From NCBI GenBank assembly GCA_013288885.1, contig JABDBA010000001.1, positions 467,840 to 531,839 of the forward strand: DNA of 64,000 bases. Direction: 5' to 3'. The first letter of the stretch is position 1. Each line of letters opens with the position of its first letter. The notes beneath the pieces are model-generated. The model did not search any database. It saw only the letters and a program-made list of their open reading frames with translations, and was not told the DNA's origin. This DNA comes from Gammaproteobacteria bacterium (GTDB lineage Bacteria > Pseudomonadota > Gammaproteobacteria > JABDBA01). Below are positions 1-9,365 of the stretch, one piece after another. The position numbers and the translations under genes were made by a program.

Positions 1-1951
1 TGTAATAGTTGATATCGATCACGTTGTCCAACATACGGGTTGCGGTGCGAATGGTGCGTTGTAATTTTTCATGATCAAGTTGACCGTCAGCGGTGATGTG
101 CAGCGGTAAATTAATGCTGCCCAAATTACATACGGCGATTTCTTCTGCCGAAGTATTCAAGGTAATTTCGGTGCACAAATTAGAACTGTGAATCACGCCC
201 ACATGTTGTTGTGGCGAACGCAGATTGCAAGGGTCTTTAAATGTTGCCCAAGGGTGCCCAGTTTCAAACAACAGCGTGAGCATTTTGCGCCACAAATTAA
301 TAGCAGGCATGGTTTTATGGTTGTTGATTTCACCGTTAGCGGCTTTGGCTTCATAAGCGGCATACGCTTTTTCAAAAGCGAGGCCATAAAGATTATGCAA
401 ATCTGGCACTTCTTCCGGTGAAAACAAAGTCCAATTGCCACCTTCGATAACGCGTTTCATAAATAAATCAGGGATCCAATTGGCGGTGTTCATATCGTGT
501 GTGCGACGGCGTTCGTCACCGGTATTTTTGCGCAGTTCTAAAAATTCTTCGACGTCACGATGCCAAGTTTCAAGATAAGCACATACCGCGCCTTTACGTT
601 TGCCGCCTTGATTGACAGCAACTGCAGTGGCGTTAGCAACATTCATAAAAGGTACAACGCCAAGTGATTTACCATTGGTGCCTTTGATATGAGCGCCCAT
701 GCCGCGTACGGGCGTCCAGTCGTTACCTAAGCCACCAGCAAATTTTGATAACAGGGCATTATCTTTGATCGCGCTGTAGATGCCTTCGAGATCATCGGGC
801 ACAGAAGTTAAAAAGCAGCTGGATAATTGCGGACGCAATGTGCCGGAATTAAATAATGTAGGCGTAGACGCCATGTAATCGAAAGAAGACAACAGATTAT
901 AAAATTCAATCGCCTGTTTTTCTTTATCTTTTTCATGTAAGCACAAACCCATCGCGACGCGCATGAAAAACGCTTGCGGTAATTCGAAGCGTACACCTTG
1001 TGAATGAATGAAATAACGATCGTACAGTGTTTGCAAACCTAAATAAGTAAATTGTAAATCGCGTTCTGGTTTAATGGCCGCAGTAATTTTGGCGAGGTCA
1101 AAACTTTGTAATTGTGGGTCGAGCAATTCTAATTCGATACCGCGTTGCAAATAGGCTTGAAAATAAACGGGATATTCTTGTTGCATCGCAACTTGGCTGA
1201 TAGCGGGCGGTAAAGTTAAGAAATCGAGTGCTTCTTGGCGCAGCGTGGTCATTAACAAACGCGCAGCTACATAACTGTAGTTAGGGTCGCGTTCAACCAG
1301 TGGGCGCGTGCAAATAATTAATGCTTTGTTCACATCAATGTGTGGAATGCCGTCATACAAGTTACGCAAAGCATCTTGTAGAATTACTTCTGGTTCCACG
1401 TTCGGCAATTCTTGGCAGGCTTCGGCGATGGTGTTTTGCAATTCGGCAATATTCAGCGGAATGCGTGCGCCATCGTTTAGGGTGATATGAATGTTGGTGG
1501 TGAACTGAGGTTTTTTGCTTTGTTCAGCTTCTAGCGCGCGGGCTTTGCGGCGCTCTTCGCGATAGAGCACATAGGTGCGCGCTGCTTTGTGTTCGCCGGT
1601 ACGCATCAACGCCAGTTCGACTTGGTCTTGCACATCTTCAATGTGCAAAGTACCGCCCGAAGGTAGGCGACGTGAAAAAGCGGCTACGATATCAGCGCTT
1701 AGCTGTGCCACCATTTCGTGGATGCGGGTTGAGGCCGCCGCGCTGCCACCTTCAACGGCCAAAAAGGCTTTAGTCATGGCCACGCTGACCTTTTCAGCGT
1801 CAAAAGAAACGATTTTGCCGTTGCGTTTAATAACGCGCAGTTGGCCAGGGGTGTTGGCAACCAATTCGGCGTTATCCGCGTGGGTGTTTTCAGGTGCACC
1901 CATCGGCATAATTTTGGGGGTTTTGCTGGTAATTTCGATTTCGCTTTGCAT
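1..1951 (-). CDS. nrdA: Ribonucleotide-diphosphate reductase alpha subunit, N-terminal ~650 aa (runs off the window)
   Basis: My reverse-strand translation from the ATG (complement of 1949-1951, GGAGAC SD upstream) gives MQSEIEI...LRVIKRNGKIVSFDAEKV (ATP-cone), ...NSGTLRPQLSSCFL..., ...NLCTEITL.... These are class I RNR large-subunit motifs. It is missing from the ORF track because it has no stop in the window. Confidence 0.9.
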   Translation of the reverse strand, partial: MQSEIEITSKTPKIMPMGAPENTHADNAELVANTPGQLRVIKRNGKIVSFDAEKVSVAMTKAFLAVEGGSAAASTRIHEMVAQLSADIVAAFSRRLPSGGTLHIEDVQDQVELALMRTGEHKAARTYVLYREERRKARALEAEQSKKPQFTTNIHITLNDGARIPLNIAELQNTIAEACQELPNVEPEVILQDALRNLYDGIPHIDVNKALIICTRPLVERDPNYSYVAARLLMTTLRQEALDFLTLPPAISQVAMQQEYPVYFQAYLQRGIELELLDPQLQSFDLAKITAAIKPERDLQFTYLGLQTLYDRYFIHSQGVRFELPQAFFMRVAMGLCLHEKDKEKQAIEFYNLLSSFDYMASTPTLFNSGTLRPQLSSCFLTSVPDDLEGIYSAIKDNALLSKFAGGLGNDWTPVRGMGAHIKGTNGKSLGVVPFMNVANATAVAVNQGGKRKGAVCAYLETWHRDVEEFLELRKNTGDERRRTHDMNTANWIPDLFMKRVIEGGNWTLFSPEEVPDLHNLYGLAFEKAYAAYEAKAANGEINNHKTMPAINLWRKMLTLLFETGHPWATFKDPCNLRSPQQHVGVIHSSNLCTEITLNTSAEEIAVCNLGSINLPLHITADGQLDHEKLQRTIRTATRMLDNVIDINYY

Positions 1952-2075
1952 GAGGTCTCCGCTGAAGATAGTATCAAGCCGCTGGGCTGTTTAGGGCCAC
2001 AGTCGACAGGATCAAGTGTTAAAATTATACTGGGATTTAACCAGGGGTTTGAGCGGGTTTAGGCGCTCTTAACAA

Positions 2076-2123
2076 ACACAATATCATGTGCTCAAAGCAC
2101 TTGGCAACCACAATATAATGTGT
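2076..2123 (-). promoter_or_regulatory. Tandem NrdR boxes upstream of nrdA
   Basis: ACACAATATCATGTGC (2076-2091) and CCACAATATAATGTGT (2108-2123) fit acaCwAtATaTwGtgt. Their starts are 32 bp apart. Confidence 0.6.
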
Positions 2124-2140
2124 GTATCCGCTTATTAACC

Positions 2141-2149
2141 TGTGGATAA
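2141..2149 (-). promoter_or_regulatory. DnaA box (TTATCCACA on minus strand)
   Basis: A perfect 9-mer consensus lies in the nrdA/xthA divergent intergenic region. Confidence 0.45.
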
Positions 2150-2219
2150 GTTGTGCATGAATTTATTTGAGAAATTGCCTATTGACGGTCGGTTTGGGTT
2201 GGAGTAGGAGGTACTTAAT

Positions 2220-2990
2220 ATGCGCATTCTAACTTTAAATCTCAATGGCATTCGATCAGCCACCAAAAAAGGCTTTTTTACCTGGGTCGCGCAGCAAAAA
2301 GCCGATGTGATTTGTTTGCAAGAAACCCGTGCGCAAGAGCATCAATTAGATGGTGCAATCTGTTTGCCGGGTTATCATATGTATTTTTTCGATGCTGAAA
2401 AAAAGGGTTACAGCGGTGTCGCGCTTTATACCAAGCAAAAACCCGATAAAGTAAAAACCGGTTTAGGTTGGGATCATGCCGATAAAGAAGGGCGCTATAT
2501 TCAAGCGGATTTTGGCAATTTGAGCGTGGCTTCTATTTATATGCCATCGGGCACGAGTGGTGATGCACGGCAAGTGATTAAATATGATTTTATGGCGCAG
2601 TACGAAAAATTATTGATAAAACAACTGCAGCAAAAACGCGAATTTATTATTTGCGGTGATTGGAACATTGCGCATAAAGAAATTGATTTAAAAAATTGGC
2701 GCGGCAATAAAAAAAATTCCGGTTTCTTGCCAGAAGAGCGCGCATGGCTAGATAAATTATTTGACGAATTAAAATACGTCGATGCCTTCCGCACCATTAA
2801 TCAAGAGCCCGATCAATACACCTGGTGGTCGAACCGCGGTCAAGCGTATGCAAAAAATGTCGGTTGGCGCATCGATTACCAGATCACGACGCCTGGCTTA
2901 AAGCATAAAGTGAAATCCGCTTCCATTTATAAAGCACAGAAATTTTCTGATCACGCGCCGTTGATAATGGATTATGATCTGTCACTATGA
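2220..2990 (+). CDS. xthA: Exodeoxyribonuclease III
   Basis: MRILTLNLNGIRSA...CLQETR...SDHAPL are ExoIII/AP-endonuclease family motifs. AGGAGG SD upstream. Confidence 0.9.
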   Translation: MRILTLNLNGIRSATKKGFFTWVAQQKADVICLQETRAQEHQLDGAICLPGYHMYFFDAEKKGYSGVALYTKQKPDKVKTGLGWDHADKEGRYIQADFGNLSVASIYMPSGTSGDARQVIKYDFMAQYEKLLIKQLQQKREFIICGDWNIAHKEIDLKNWRGNKKNSGFLPEERAWLDKLFDELKYVDAFRTINQEPDQYTWWSNRGQAYAKNVGWRIDYQITTPGLKHKVKSASIYKAQKFSDHAPLIMDYDLSL

Positions 2991-3066
2991 TTTCCGACGC
3001 ACTGCATCGGATTTTTAGATTCGCCACGCAGTGCGTGGCGAATTGGAGAATATTCAGACAGTTATG

Positions 3067-3717
3067 TTACCAAGTTGCCGGTTTATAAATATTTGTTCCC
3101 GGAATTGGGTTGGGTAGTTGAGATTCAGATAAGAGCTTTTTGCTAATTCTACGTATAAAGGTTGCATGTTTACTGAGTTCGGATGAAGCTTTTCGATATT
3201 TTTCATTACCGGGGACGACAAGACCAATTTTTTTATTGTGATCTTCCTTAACAAATCGAAGTGCTTCTGCTAAATCACTATCATTAGAAACCAAGACTGC
3301 GCAATCATATTTATTTTGCCAAGCATCATTTAGGATATGTAGGGCGATATTAACGTCTGAACCTTTTTCTTCCGTTTTTATAACTTTGATGTACTTTGGT
3401 TGTCCTGGAAGTGGCATATAAACTTTTGCTGTCACTGGGTGTGATAGATAGTGTCCGTAATAGGTATGAATTTTAGGTATATATTTTTCTAAGGCGAGGA
3501 GGTAAGCTTTTTGTCGCTGATGTGCGCTTTGATCCCCATCTCTGCTGGAGATTCTTGCTGTAAAGTACTTGATTTCAGTTATTTGATGTTGATGCTCAAG
3601 AAGCTTGGTGAATAGTGTGATTAAGTCCAACCATTTATAAGGTGTTTTTCGGAGAGAGCCGTAATAAAGATTAAAACCATCAATGTATACGGCAGTGCGA
3701 TCTAATTGTTGCGGCAT
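3067..3717 (-). CDS. NYN (LabA-like) domain protein
   Basis: TAVYIDGFNLYYG...VLVSNDSDL is the NYN/PIN-like nuclease-fold signature. Confidence 0.65.
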   Translation of the reverse strand: MPQQLDRTAVYIDGFNLYYGSLRKTPYKWLDLITLFTKLLEHQHQITEIKYFTARISSRDGDQSAHQRQKAYLLALEKYIPKIHTYYGHYLSHPVTAKVYMPLPGQPKYIKVIKTEEKGSDVNIALHILNDAWQNKYDCAVLVSNDSDLAEALRFVKEDHNKKIGLVVPGNEKYRKASSELSKHATFIRRISKKLLSESQLPNPIPGTNIYKPATW

Positions 3718-3746
3718 ATGTTTTTATTTTTCTTGCTAGATAAAAC

Positions 3747-3768
3747 AAAAGCCCCCGAAGGGGCTTTT
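3747..3768 (-). terminator. GC hairpin AAAAGCCCCCGAAGGGGCTTTT (bidirectional terminator-like)
   Basis: 8-bp GC-rich stem flanked by A and T runs, downstream of the Bro-N gene and its remnant. A near-identical copy lies at 5015-5036. Confidence 0.7.
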
Positions 3769-3852
3769 ACCCTACCGACGAAACGATAGGGTGAGTCGTA
3801 AGTATTATTATAGCTTAATAATTAAATAATGCAACAAGTTTGTATTATTTTT

Positions 3853-4074
3853 TCATGTAAACATTTTACCGTGGACAGCTATTGTCTCAACAGGGGTACA
3901 AATTGTACCCCTGTTGGTGCTTAGCTCTGAGTCACGGCTAAAGGTGTGACAATTCGTCACGGTTTCATTATCTTCTTTAATTAATTTCTCATGCATTTCC
4001 AGCTGGTTACATTTTGTAACCGACTGACTTCTTTCATTTTTTAATAAGCTTTTATGGGTGATTTTTGCGTGCAT
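3853..4074 (-). pseudogene. Degenerate duplicate of an internal Bro-N gene segment
   Basis: It encodes ERSQSVTKCNQLEM and ETVTNCHTF, echoing EGSQSVTNCHRLKL of the adjacent gene. At DNA level, GTTACATTTTGTAACCGACTGACTTC at ~4005 matches GTGACAATTTGTCACCGACTGACTTC at ~4724. Confidence 0.45.
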
Positions 4075-4916
4075 TAATTATCTTGCTTTAATAGTTTATT
4101 TTGCTTCTTAGGTGGAAGATAATTTTTTGCTGAAATCACTTTTTTCCCGGTTTTTTCTTCTAAATCTAATCGGGCATTTTTAGCAATGCCGCCACCAATT
4201 TTGCTTGCCACAGTATTTTCAGGCATACCTTTTGCTTGGATACTTTCAGCAACTTGCCTTGTGGAGAGTTCTGCAAGTGCTGTAAAAATTAATTCAGCTT
4301 CACTCATGTGGTCGCGTAAGTTTTGTGACTTTAAATTTTTAAGTTTCTTATGGTCTTTGATACTAAGTTCAGACCATTCTTGGTGGATGATATTAGTAAG
4401 GATAGCAAATTCCTCGTCTTCTTTGACATCATTTTCTTTCCAGTAATCGGTGAGTTTATTGCGGGTTTCTTGGCCCGTCATACGCTGTTGGATCCATTTT
4501 TCACTACGACCGTGCTTTTGCCAGGTTTCACGTGCTCTGTCCAAAGACCTTGCCGGATCTGCCATTTCTTGCATACGTTCATAGCCCACTTTGGCAAGCC
4601 ATAATTTAACGGGTTCGGCTTTAGGGCTGGGAATTGATTGGATTAAACGTAAGAGGGTTTCGGCGGTGGCGACATCAGTAGGATATTTCTTGCCATCAGC
4701 AGCTTGCAATTTCAGTCGGTGACAATTTGTCACCGACTGACTTCCCTCATTTTTTAGGCGTTCTTTCAGCTTGTTCCAATACTTTCTAGCTGTTTGAAAA
4801 TTAGGTTGCTCGATCAAAACCTGGATTATATCCACCACCGAAAAATACCATGTCTCAGTTTGTTCATCATAGGTTCGTCGGATGTTGTCTTCAAATAAAG
4901 TTAAGTTATTGTTCAT
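4074..4916 (-). CDS. Bro-N / DinD-like DNA-binding protein (phage antirepressor-like)
   Basis: FEDNIRRTYDEQTETWYFSVVDIIQVL...SPKAEPVKLWLAKVGYERMQE. I place the start at MNNNL (4916), which has an AAGGGGG SD. The upstream extension in the track is unlikely. Confidence 0.65.
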   Translation of the reverse strand: MNNNLTLFEDNIRRTYDEQTETWYFSVVDIIQVLIEQPNFQTARKYWNKLKERLKNEGSQSVTNCHRLKLQAADGKKYPTDVATAETLLRLIQSIPSPKAEPVKLWLAKVGYERMQEMADPARSLDRARETWQKHGRSEKWIQQRMTGQETRNKLTDYWKENDVKEDEEFAILTNIIHQEWSELSIKDHKKLKNLKSQNLRDHMSEAELIFTALAELSTRQVAESIQAKGMPENTVASKIGGGIAKNARLDLEEKTGKKVISAKNYLPPKKQNKLLKQDN

Positions 4917-5014
4917 TTGGCCCCCTTTATGGTAATAATAAAACTTATAAATTATCATAATGGTAATAAAGGTAAAATGCAACAACCAAATTATTTATCT
5001 AAAAGAATTTTTGC

Positions 5015-5036
5015 AAAAGCCCCCGCAGGGGCTTTT
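5015..5036 (-). terminator. GC hairpin AAAAGCCCCCGCAGGGGCTTTT
   Basis: Twin of 3747-3768, immediately downstream of the 5054-6061 gene. Confidence 0.7.
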
Positions 5037-5053
5037 GCCGTGTCGACGAGTAA

Positions 5054-6061
5054 TTATCTTGCCCTAAACTGCGCTATATTTATCGTGGGAGTTGCGGATA
5101 CTGCAATTTGCTCGCCGAATACGCGCCTTAATAATTGTGCGGTGCGAATAAATCCACCCTCTTGTGCGTTAGTGATTAACTCATCAGGTTCGGCCCCGGT
5201 CGCTTGTAGAGAATTCGCAATCAAGTTATCGAAAGCTGATTTATGACTGTGCACCGCAGCGAGTTGTATAAATGCCTCTAAAGCTGAATTAATTTCTGAT
5301 ATAGCAGGCTCTTTTCTTTGCAACCGATTTTCTGCTTCCGTGATCATGCCTTTAAGCTGTGCGGGATCGGCATTTAACATCACAGCACTAAACAGTTCTA
5401 AGTATTTAAATTGCTGGATATATTTTAGTGTGCCTAAAAAAATAGCGTGTTCAGAAGAAGGTATGTCGCTTAGGCAAACTCTATTTTTATTTTTAAATTG
5501 CGGAATATCTCGAAAGTAGGGCGTTAGTGGACCGTGTCCTCTTTCAAAAACGGGTGTATTTGTTAGAGAAAAACATTGATCAGGAGATGGGCTGGATTCC
5601 TTTTCGCGAGCGGCAAGTCTTGCGGCGCCCACTCCAACTGGTGCAAACAGTAAAAATCCCCATTTTATGGCAGAACTTAAAGCGCTCATTGTTGAAAATG
5701 AATGAGATTTTTCATCACTTAATTGAGCAGGATCGTTCGCAATTTCGTCGGCTAGTGCTGCATCGAGTTGTTGGAATTCTGGACATTCCTTGACAGTAGC
5801 TACTAACATGCCGCCAAGTTTTACCGCAGCTTGGCTGGGATAAAATCCTTCCTGATTAATGTATCGCCTTAATTCCCGCAGATAGTCGTTATATTTATCC
5901 GCAGACAAAACGTTTTTCTGTTCTTTGATGTGGGCTATTAATTTTTGTGAAAGTTTTTCTTTAGCGGCGTCATCAAATAAACTGTTTGTGCTAAGGTGTA
6001 TATCTTTCCAGCCATTAATGCACATTTTTGATATTTCAATAATTTGTTTGTATGTACTCAT
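5054..6061 (-). CDS. Hypothetical protein (335 aa)
   Basis: Long ORF with a GAGG SD. I recognise no family. Confidence 0.6.
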   Translation of the reverse strand: MSTYKQIIEISKMCINGWKDIHLSTNSLFDDAAKEKLSQKLIAHIKEQKNVLSADKYNDYLRELRRYINQEGFYPSQAAVKLGGMLVATVKECPEFQQLDAALADEIANDPAQLSDEKSHSFSTMSALSSAIKWGFLLFAPVGVGAARLAAREKESSPSPDQCFSLTNTPVFERGHGPLTPYFRDIPQFKNKNRVCLSDIPSSEHAIFLGTLKYIQQFKYLELFSAVMLNADPAQLKGMITEAENRLQRKEPAISEINSALEAFIQLAAVHSHKSAFDNLIANSLQATGAEPDELITNAQEGGFIRTAQLLRRVFGEQIAVSATPTINIAQFRAR

Positions 6062-6106
6062 CGTGTTTTACCTCGTTAGTTTGGATGATTTAAATAAATT
6101 TAAAAA

Positions 6107-6514
6107 TTATTTCGCTTCGTAGCCAACTATTCCCATGCCAGTTATATTTATGTTCTTACTATTAAGCATTTCTATTAAAGGTTGTACGTTGGCTGGCAGT
6201 TTATTGATATTGCGATAAATTTCTTGTGTTGACGCAGGTTGATTAGAGCCGTAATAGCAGATCCAACCATTCTGACCATTGACAGTTGCTGAGGATGAGC
6301 CGATAAACGCACCCGCATGAGAACCCCCCATCCCTCCACCAATACCCTTCGAAGTGGGTAAAGCAGGCCCAAACCAAGGTCCGAACGACCCAGGTGCAGA
6401 TCCTAATATAAAAATAGCATCGGGATCAGGGCATTGAAAACTATTGCCCGCATAAGCATTTGAAGCCAGGATCAAGGCCAGTGGTAGTATTAATTTAAAT
6501 TTTGAAATTTTCAT
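6107..6514 (-). CDS. Small secreted Gly-rich protein
   Basis: Signal peptide MKISKFKLILPLALILASNAYA|GN. SD ACGGAG. Confidence 0.6.
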   Translation of the reverse strand: MKISKFKLILPLALILASNAYAGNSFQCPDPDAIFILGSAPGSFGPWFGPALPTSKGIGGGMGGSHAGAFIGSSSATVNGQNGWICYYGSNQPASTQEIYRNINKLPANVQPLIEMLNSKNINITGMGIVGYEAK

Positions 6515-6674
6515 GTGATTGCTCCGTAAGTGAAGTTAAAAAAGTTTGGTGTTGTTGTTGGGTGTTCGTTAAATAATCAGCATGGCGCACCTCTCTTTTT
6601 GTTTTATATAAATAATATTTATTTATAAAATAGTTTAATTTATAAAGTATTAGCATAAAAAATTTTAACTCAAA

Positions 6675-7136
6675 TTACATCGATATCTGGGTAAATTTTC
6701 GAAATATCTTTAAAATGCCTTCTTGTTCTTGTACGGTGAGCATACCAAATAACGTATGGATGACTTCATTAATATGCTCAATTTGCCGCTGATAGATTTT
6801 TTTGCCCTCGGCGGTCAAGCTACCGTGTACTACGCGCCGATCTTCTTCGTTTCTTAAGCGTTTTGCTAATTTACTTTTAACTAATTTCTCGACGATAACC
6901 GTCACGCTGCTGAGTGATAAAGACACTTGCTTGGCAATATCGCTCATAATGCAGGGTTCGTTGTCGCCAATAGCATTTAATACGTTGAGTTCTTGCAAAC
7001 TTAAACTCCCCAACGATGCAAGAAATTCCGCACTATTTTTATCCTGTATTTTTCGCAGCAATAATAAATATTTGGCGAATAGCTGTACTCGCCCTTCCAG
7101 GGAATCATCGATTTTTTTGTGGGTGTTTTTATCCAT
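6675..7136 (-). CDS. MarR-family transcriptional regulator
   Basis: Winged-helix region LNVLNAIGDNEPCIMSDIAKQVSLSLSSVTVIVEKLVKSKLAKRLRNEEDRRVV. Confidence 0.8.
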   Translation of the reverse strand: MDKNTHKKIDDSLEGRVQLFAKYLLLLRKIQDKNSAEFLASLGSLSLQELNVLNAIGDNEPCIMSDIAKQVSLSLSSVTVIVEKLVKSKLAKRLRNEEDRRVVHGSLTAEGKKIYQRQIEHINEVIHTLFGMLTVQEQEGILKIFRKFTQISM

Positions 7137-7153
7137 GGAGATAGTTTAGAATA

Positions 7154-7180
7154 AAAATAGTTTAATTGTCAAACTATTTT
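7154..7180. promoter_or_regulatory. 10-bp perfect inverted repeat AAAATAGTTT-N7-AAACTATTTT
   Basis: It lies between the MarR start (7136) and the pncC stop (7204), with a third ATAGTTTA copy at 7141. It is either a candidate MarR operator or a weak AT-rich terminator of pncC. Confidence 0.35.
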
Positions 7181-7203
7181 TTATGCCAATACATTTCTTA
7201 TGT

Positions 7204-7704
7204 CTAAGCGGATTTTTGCAAGATCTCAACCAGCTTCTGCAACGCAAAAGTGGTGGTCATGGTGCGGATAGTATTACGATCGCCGGTGAAGTGTTTAAGT
7301 TCAGTTTGGGTGGGTTTATCTTTTTGTGCCCAAGCGAGCCAGACAGTCCCGATGGGCTTTTCAGCAGAGCCGCCTTCGGGGCCTGCAATGCCGGTCACGG
7401 CTATGCTCACTTGCGCCTGGCTTAGTTTCAGCGCGCCTTCGGCCATCTCTTGTGCAACTTCGGCACTGACTGCGCCCATTTTCTCTAAGGTAATTTTTTT
7501 AACGGCGAGCATTTCGGTCTTGGCGGCATTTGAATAAGTCACAAAGCCCCGTTCAAACCAATTAGAGCTACCTGCTATGGTCGTAATGGCTTCAGCAATC
7601 TGGCCGCCGGTACACGATTCTGCCGTTGCCAGCATCAAACCGTGCTCTTTCAATAAGCGCCCCACTTGGTCAGCCAGAAAATAAAGAGTGTTATGAGTTT
7701 TCAT
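7204..7704 (-). CDS. pncC: Nicotinamide-nucleotide amidohydrolase (CinA C-terminal domain type)
   Basis: LATAESCTGGQIAEAIT...VTGIAGPEGG. Confidence 0.85.
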   Translation of the reverse strand: MKTHNTLYFLADQVGRLLKEHGLMLATAESCTGGQIAEAITTIAGSSNWFERGFVTYSNAAKTEMLAVKKITLEKMGAVSAEVAQEMAEGALKLSQAQVSIAVTGIAGPEGGSAEKPIGTVWLAWAQKDKPTQTELKHFTGDRNTIRTMTTTFALQKLVEILQKSA

Positions 7705-7781
7705 AGTATAATTATGGGCATGATTAGCGATTTATGCAATCTTATATGACGCTTTAATTAATTATCCCAGAGATTACAAAT

Positions 7782-9365
7782 ATGTGGCCAGCTTTAACCC
7801 TGCATCATGCTATTGAAAAACCAGAGCGTTCTACGGATGAAATTAAACAATTATTGAAAGATAATCCTGACTTAATTTATGAACTGAATGCGGAAGGCAA
7901 AACGGTATTTGATAAAGCGAGCGACACAAAAGATGTTGGTATTATGTTATGCCTGCTAGAGAAAGCAACGCAGATTTTTGCAGCGCCTTCGACAGAAACC
8001 GAAAGACCCAAATGGGCAGTATACGAAATTATCAATAGCATCTATGAATGCTTGAAAATTGCACAAAAGTGTACTACGGCATTATCTGTCGAAATATCTA
8101 TTAGAGAAAATTGTGGGAAACTATTAGCATTTTATAAAAAATTTATCCCTTTGTTTTTTGAATATCTCGTAGCGCAGAGGCCTCTATTACATTTTAAAGC
8201 AGCAGTAGCTGGCGAAACAAAAAAAGGACCGGAAACAATATTGCTTTTCATGTATAATGATTTAATGGAAGGGTTTGTCGATGATATAGCGATTCTTTGT
8301 GTTAGTTTCACCGAAGAAGAAAAAGCACAGCAAGCAGAAAAAGAAGATTATGGCTTTGAATTGATTAAGATCCTTTTAAAATTAATTTATGCTAAATTAA
8401 TAAAATTTGATAATAAAAAAGAAGATTGCAAAGAATTCCTCAAAAGAGTTTTGCAATCACCTTTTGGGCAATATTTTTTAAATAATGCTCACAAATCTGA
8501 ACTGGCGATCGTTTTAAGTCTGCAAGATAAACCGTTTGCTCTTGCTGACGGCAACAAGTTTTATTGGATGGTCTATGAGATTATAAGAGATGTGCAGGAA
8601 AACGTTGTTACTGCTACAGATCCAAATTTATGTCGCCAATATGAATCATCGTTTGATGTATGGCGTGTATTTTTACAAGAAGTGCCAGCAAATTGTTTTC
8701 CATTATTAGCAAAACACCAAACACGCGAAGCAGTAAAAAAAGAAGTATTACGAAAATTTTTGGGTTGGCGCATAATTGTTAGCGAAAGAATAGAATTCCT
8801 CGCGAATGAACGTCAAGCGCATGAGCGCCAACAATATAGGGAAACAACGCTGCAGGTGGCTGCGGCGAGTCAAGAATTATCGCAAGAAGCATATTATGCA
8901 GGTGCTGTGAATCCAGCCGACATCATCAAAAAATTAGACGATAAACTCGCATTGAGTTCGTCGCGCGTTGAAAAAGGCGCTGGTTATGGAATGCCAGAAC
9001 ATGTGCAAACGATCAAGGATACACAAGCAAAAATTGGACGAATTAAACCTAGAATCAACGGGCCTATAAAACAAATAAATGAGCTTCACAAAGAAAAGTT
9101 AGACGAATATCATCTCACACTCCAGGCTAGAACAGCTGAAATTAAAGAAGAAAAGAACTCTCCGCCTGCGGCAAAGCAAAAATCTAAAGATACAACGAAA
9201 AAACACGTGACATTCTTGGATGAACAATCTAAACAAGATGCTGCTGTTTTACAACATGGAAAACGCAAACGCAACAAAGAAATTTCTGAAGATGAATATC
9301 CCGCATCACAGATGCCACAACCAAACCCTTCTTTAGTTACTAATAGAAAACGCCAAACATTATGA
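7782..9365 (+). CDS. Hypothetical effector-like protein (527 aa) with basic C-terminal clusters
   Basis: AT-rich ORF with no recognised family. It carries GKRKRNK and NRKRQ clusters near the C-terminus. Its TGA overlaps the mutS ATG (ATGA). Confidence 0.6.
   Translation: MWPALTLHHAIEKPERSTDEIKQLLKDNPDLIYELNAEGKTVFDKASDTKDVGIMLCLLEKATQIFAAPSTETERPKWAVYEIINSIYECLKIAQKCTTALSVEISIRENCGKLLAFYKKFIPLFFEYLVAQRPLLHFKAAVAGETKKGPETILLFMYNDLMEGFVDDIAILCVSFTEEEKAQQAEKEDYGFELIKILLKLIYAKLIKFDNKKEDCKEFLKRVLQSPFGQYFLNNAHKSELAIVLSLQDKPFALADGNKFYWMVYEIIRDVQENVVTATDPNLCRQYESSFDVWRVFLQEVPANCFPLLAKHQTREAVKKEVLRKFLGWRIIVSERIEFLANERQAHERQQYRETTLQVAAASQELSQEAYYAGAVNPADIIKKLDDKLALSSSRVEKGAGYGMPEHVQTIKDTQAKIGRIKPRINGPIKQINELHKEKLDEYHLTLQARTAEIKEEKNSPPAAKQKSKDTTKKHVTFLDEQSKQDAAVLQHGKRKRNKEISEDEYPASQMPQPNPSLVTNRKRQTL

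Noticed and set aside
188-2062. Eight short track ORFs (60-139 aa) on both strands within the first 2 kb.
   Set aside because: They all lie inside, or just upstream of, the long minus-strand nrdA reading frame that runs off the window. Their translations are low-complexity and match no family.
4917-4985. N-terminal extensions given by the ORF track (for example 4074-4985, 14490-14945, 35713, 44547, 50064-51158, 52746, 55073).
   Set aside because: Internal ATG codons with clear Shine-Dalgarno sequences give N-termini that match the family (IF-1, MazF-like, secretin lipoprotein signal and others). The extensions are hydrophobic or junk-like, or they overlap neighbouring genes.
3067-5036. NYN and Bro-N genes considered as a prophage.
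   Set aside because: There are no structural, integrase or replication genes. Only two accessory genes and a remnant are present, so at most this is a decayed fragment.
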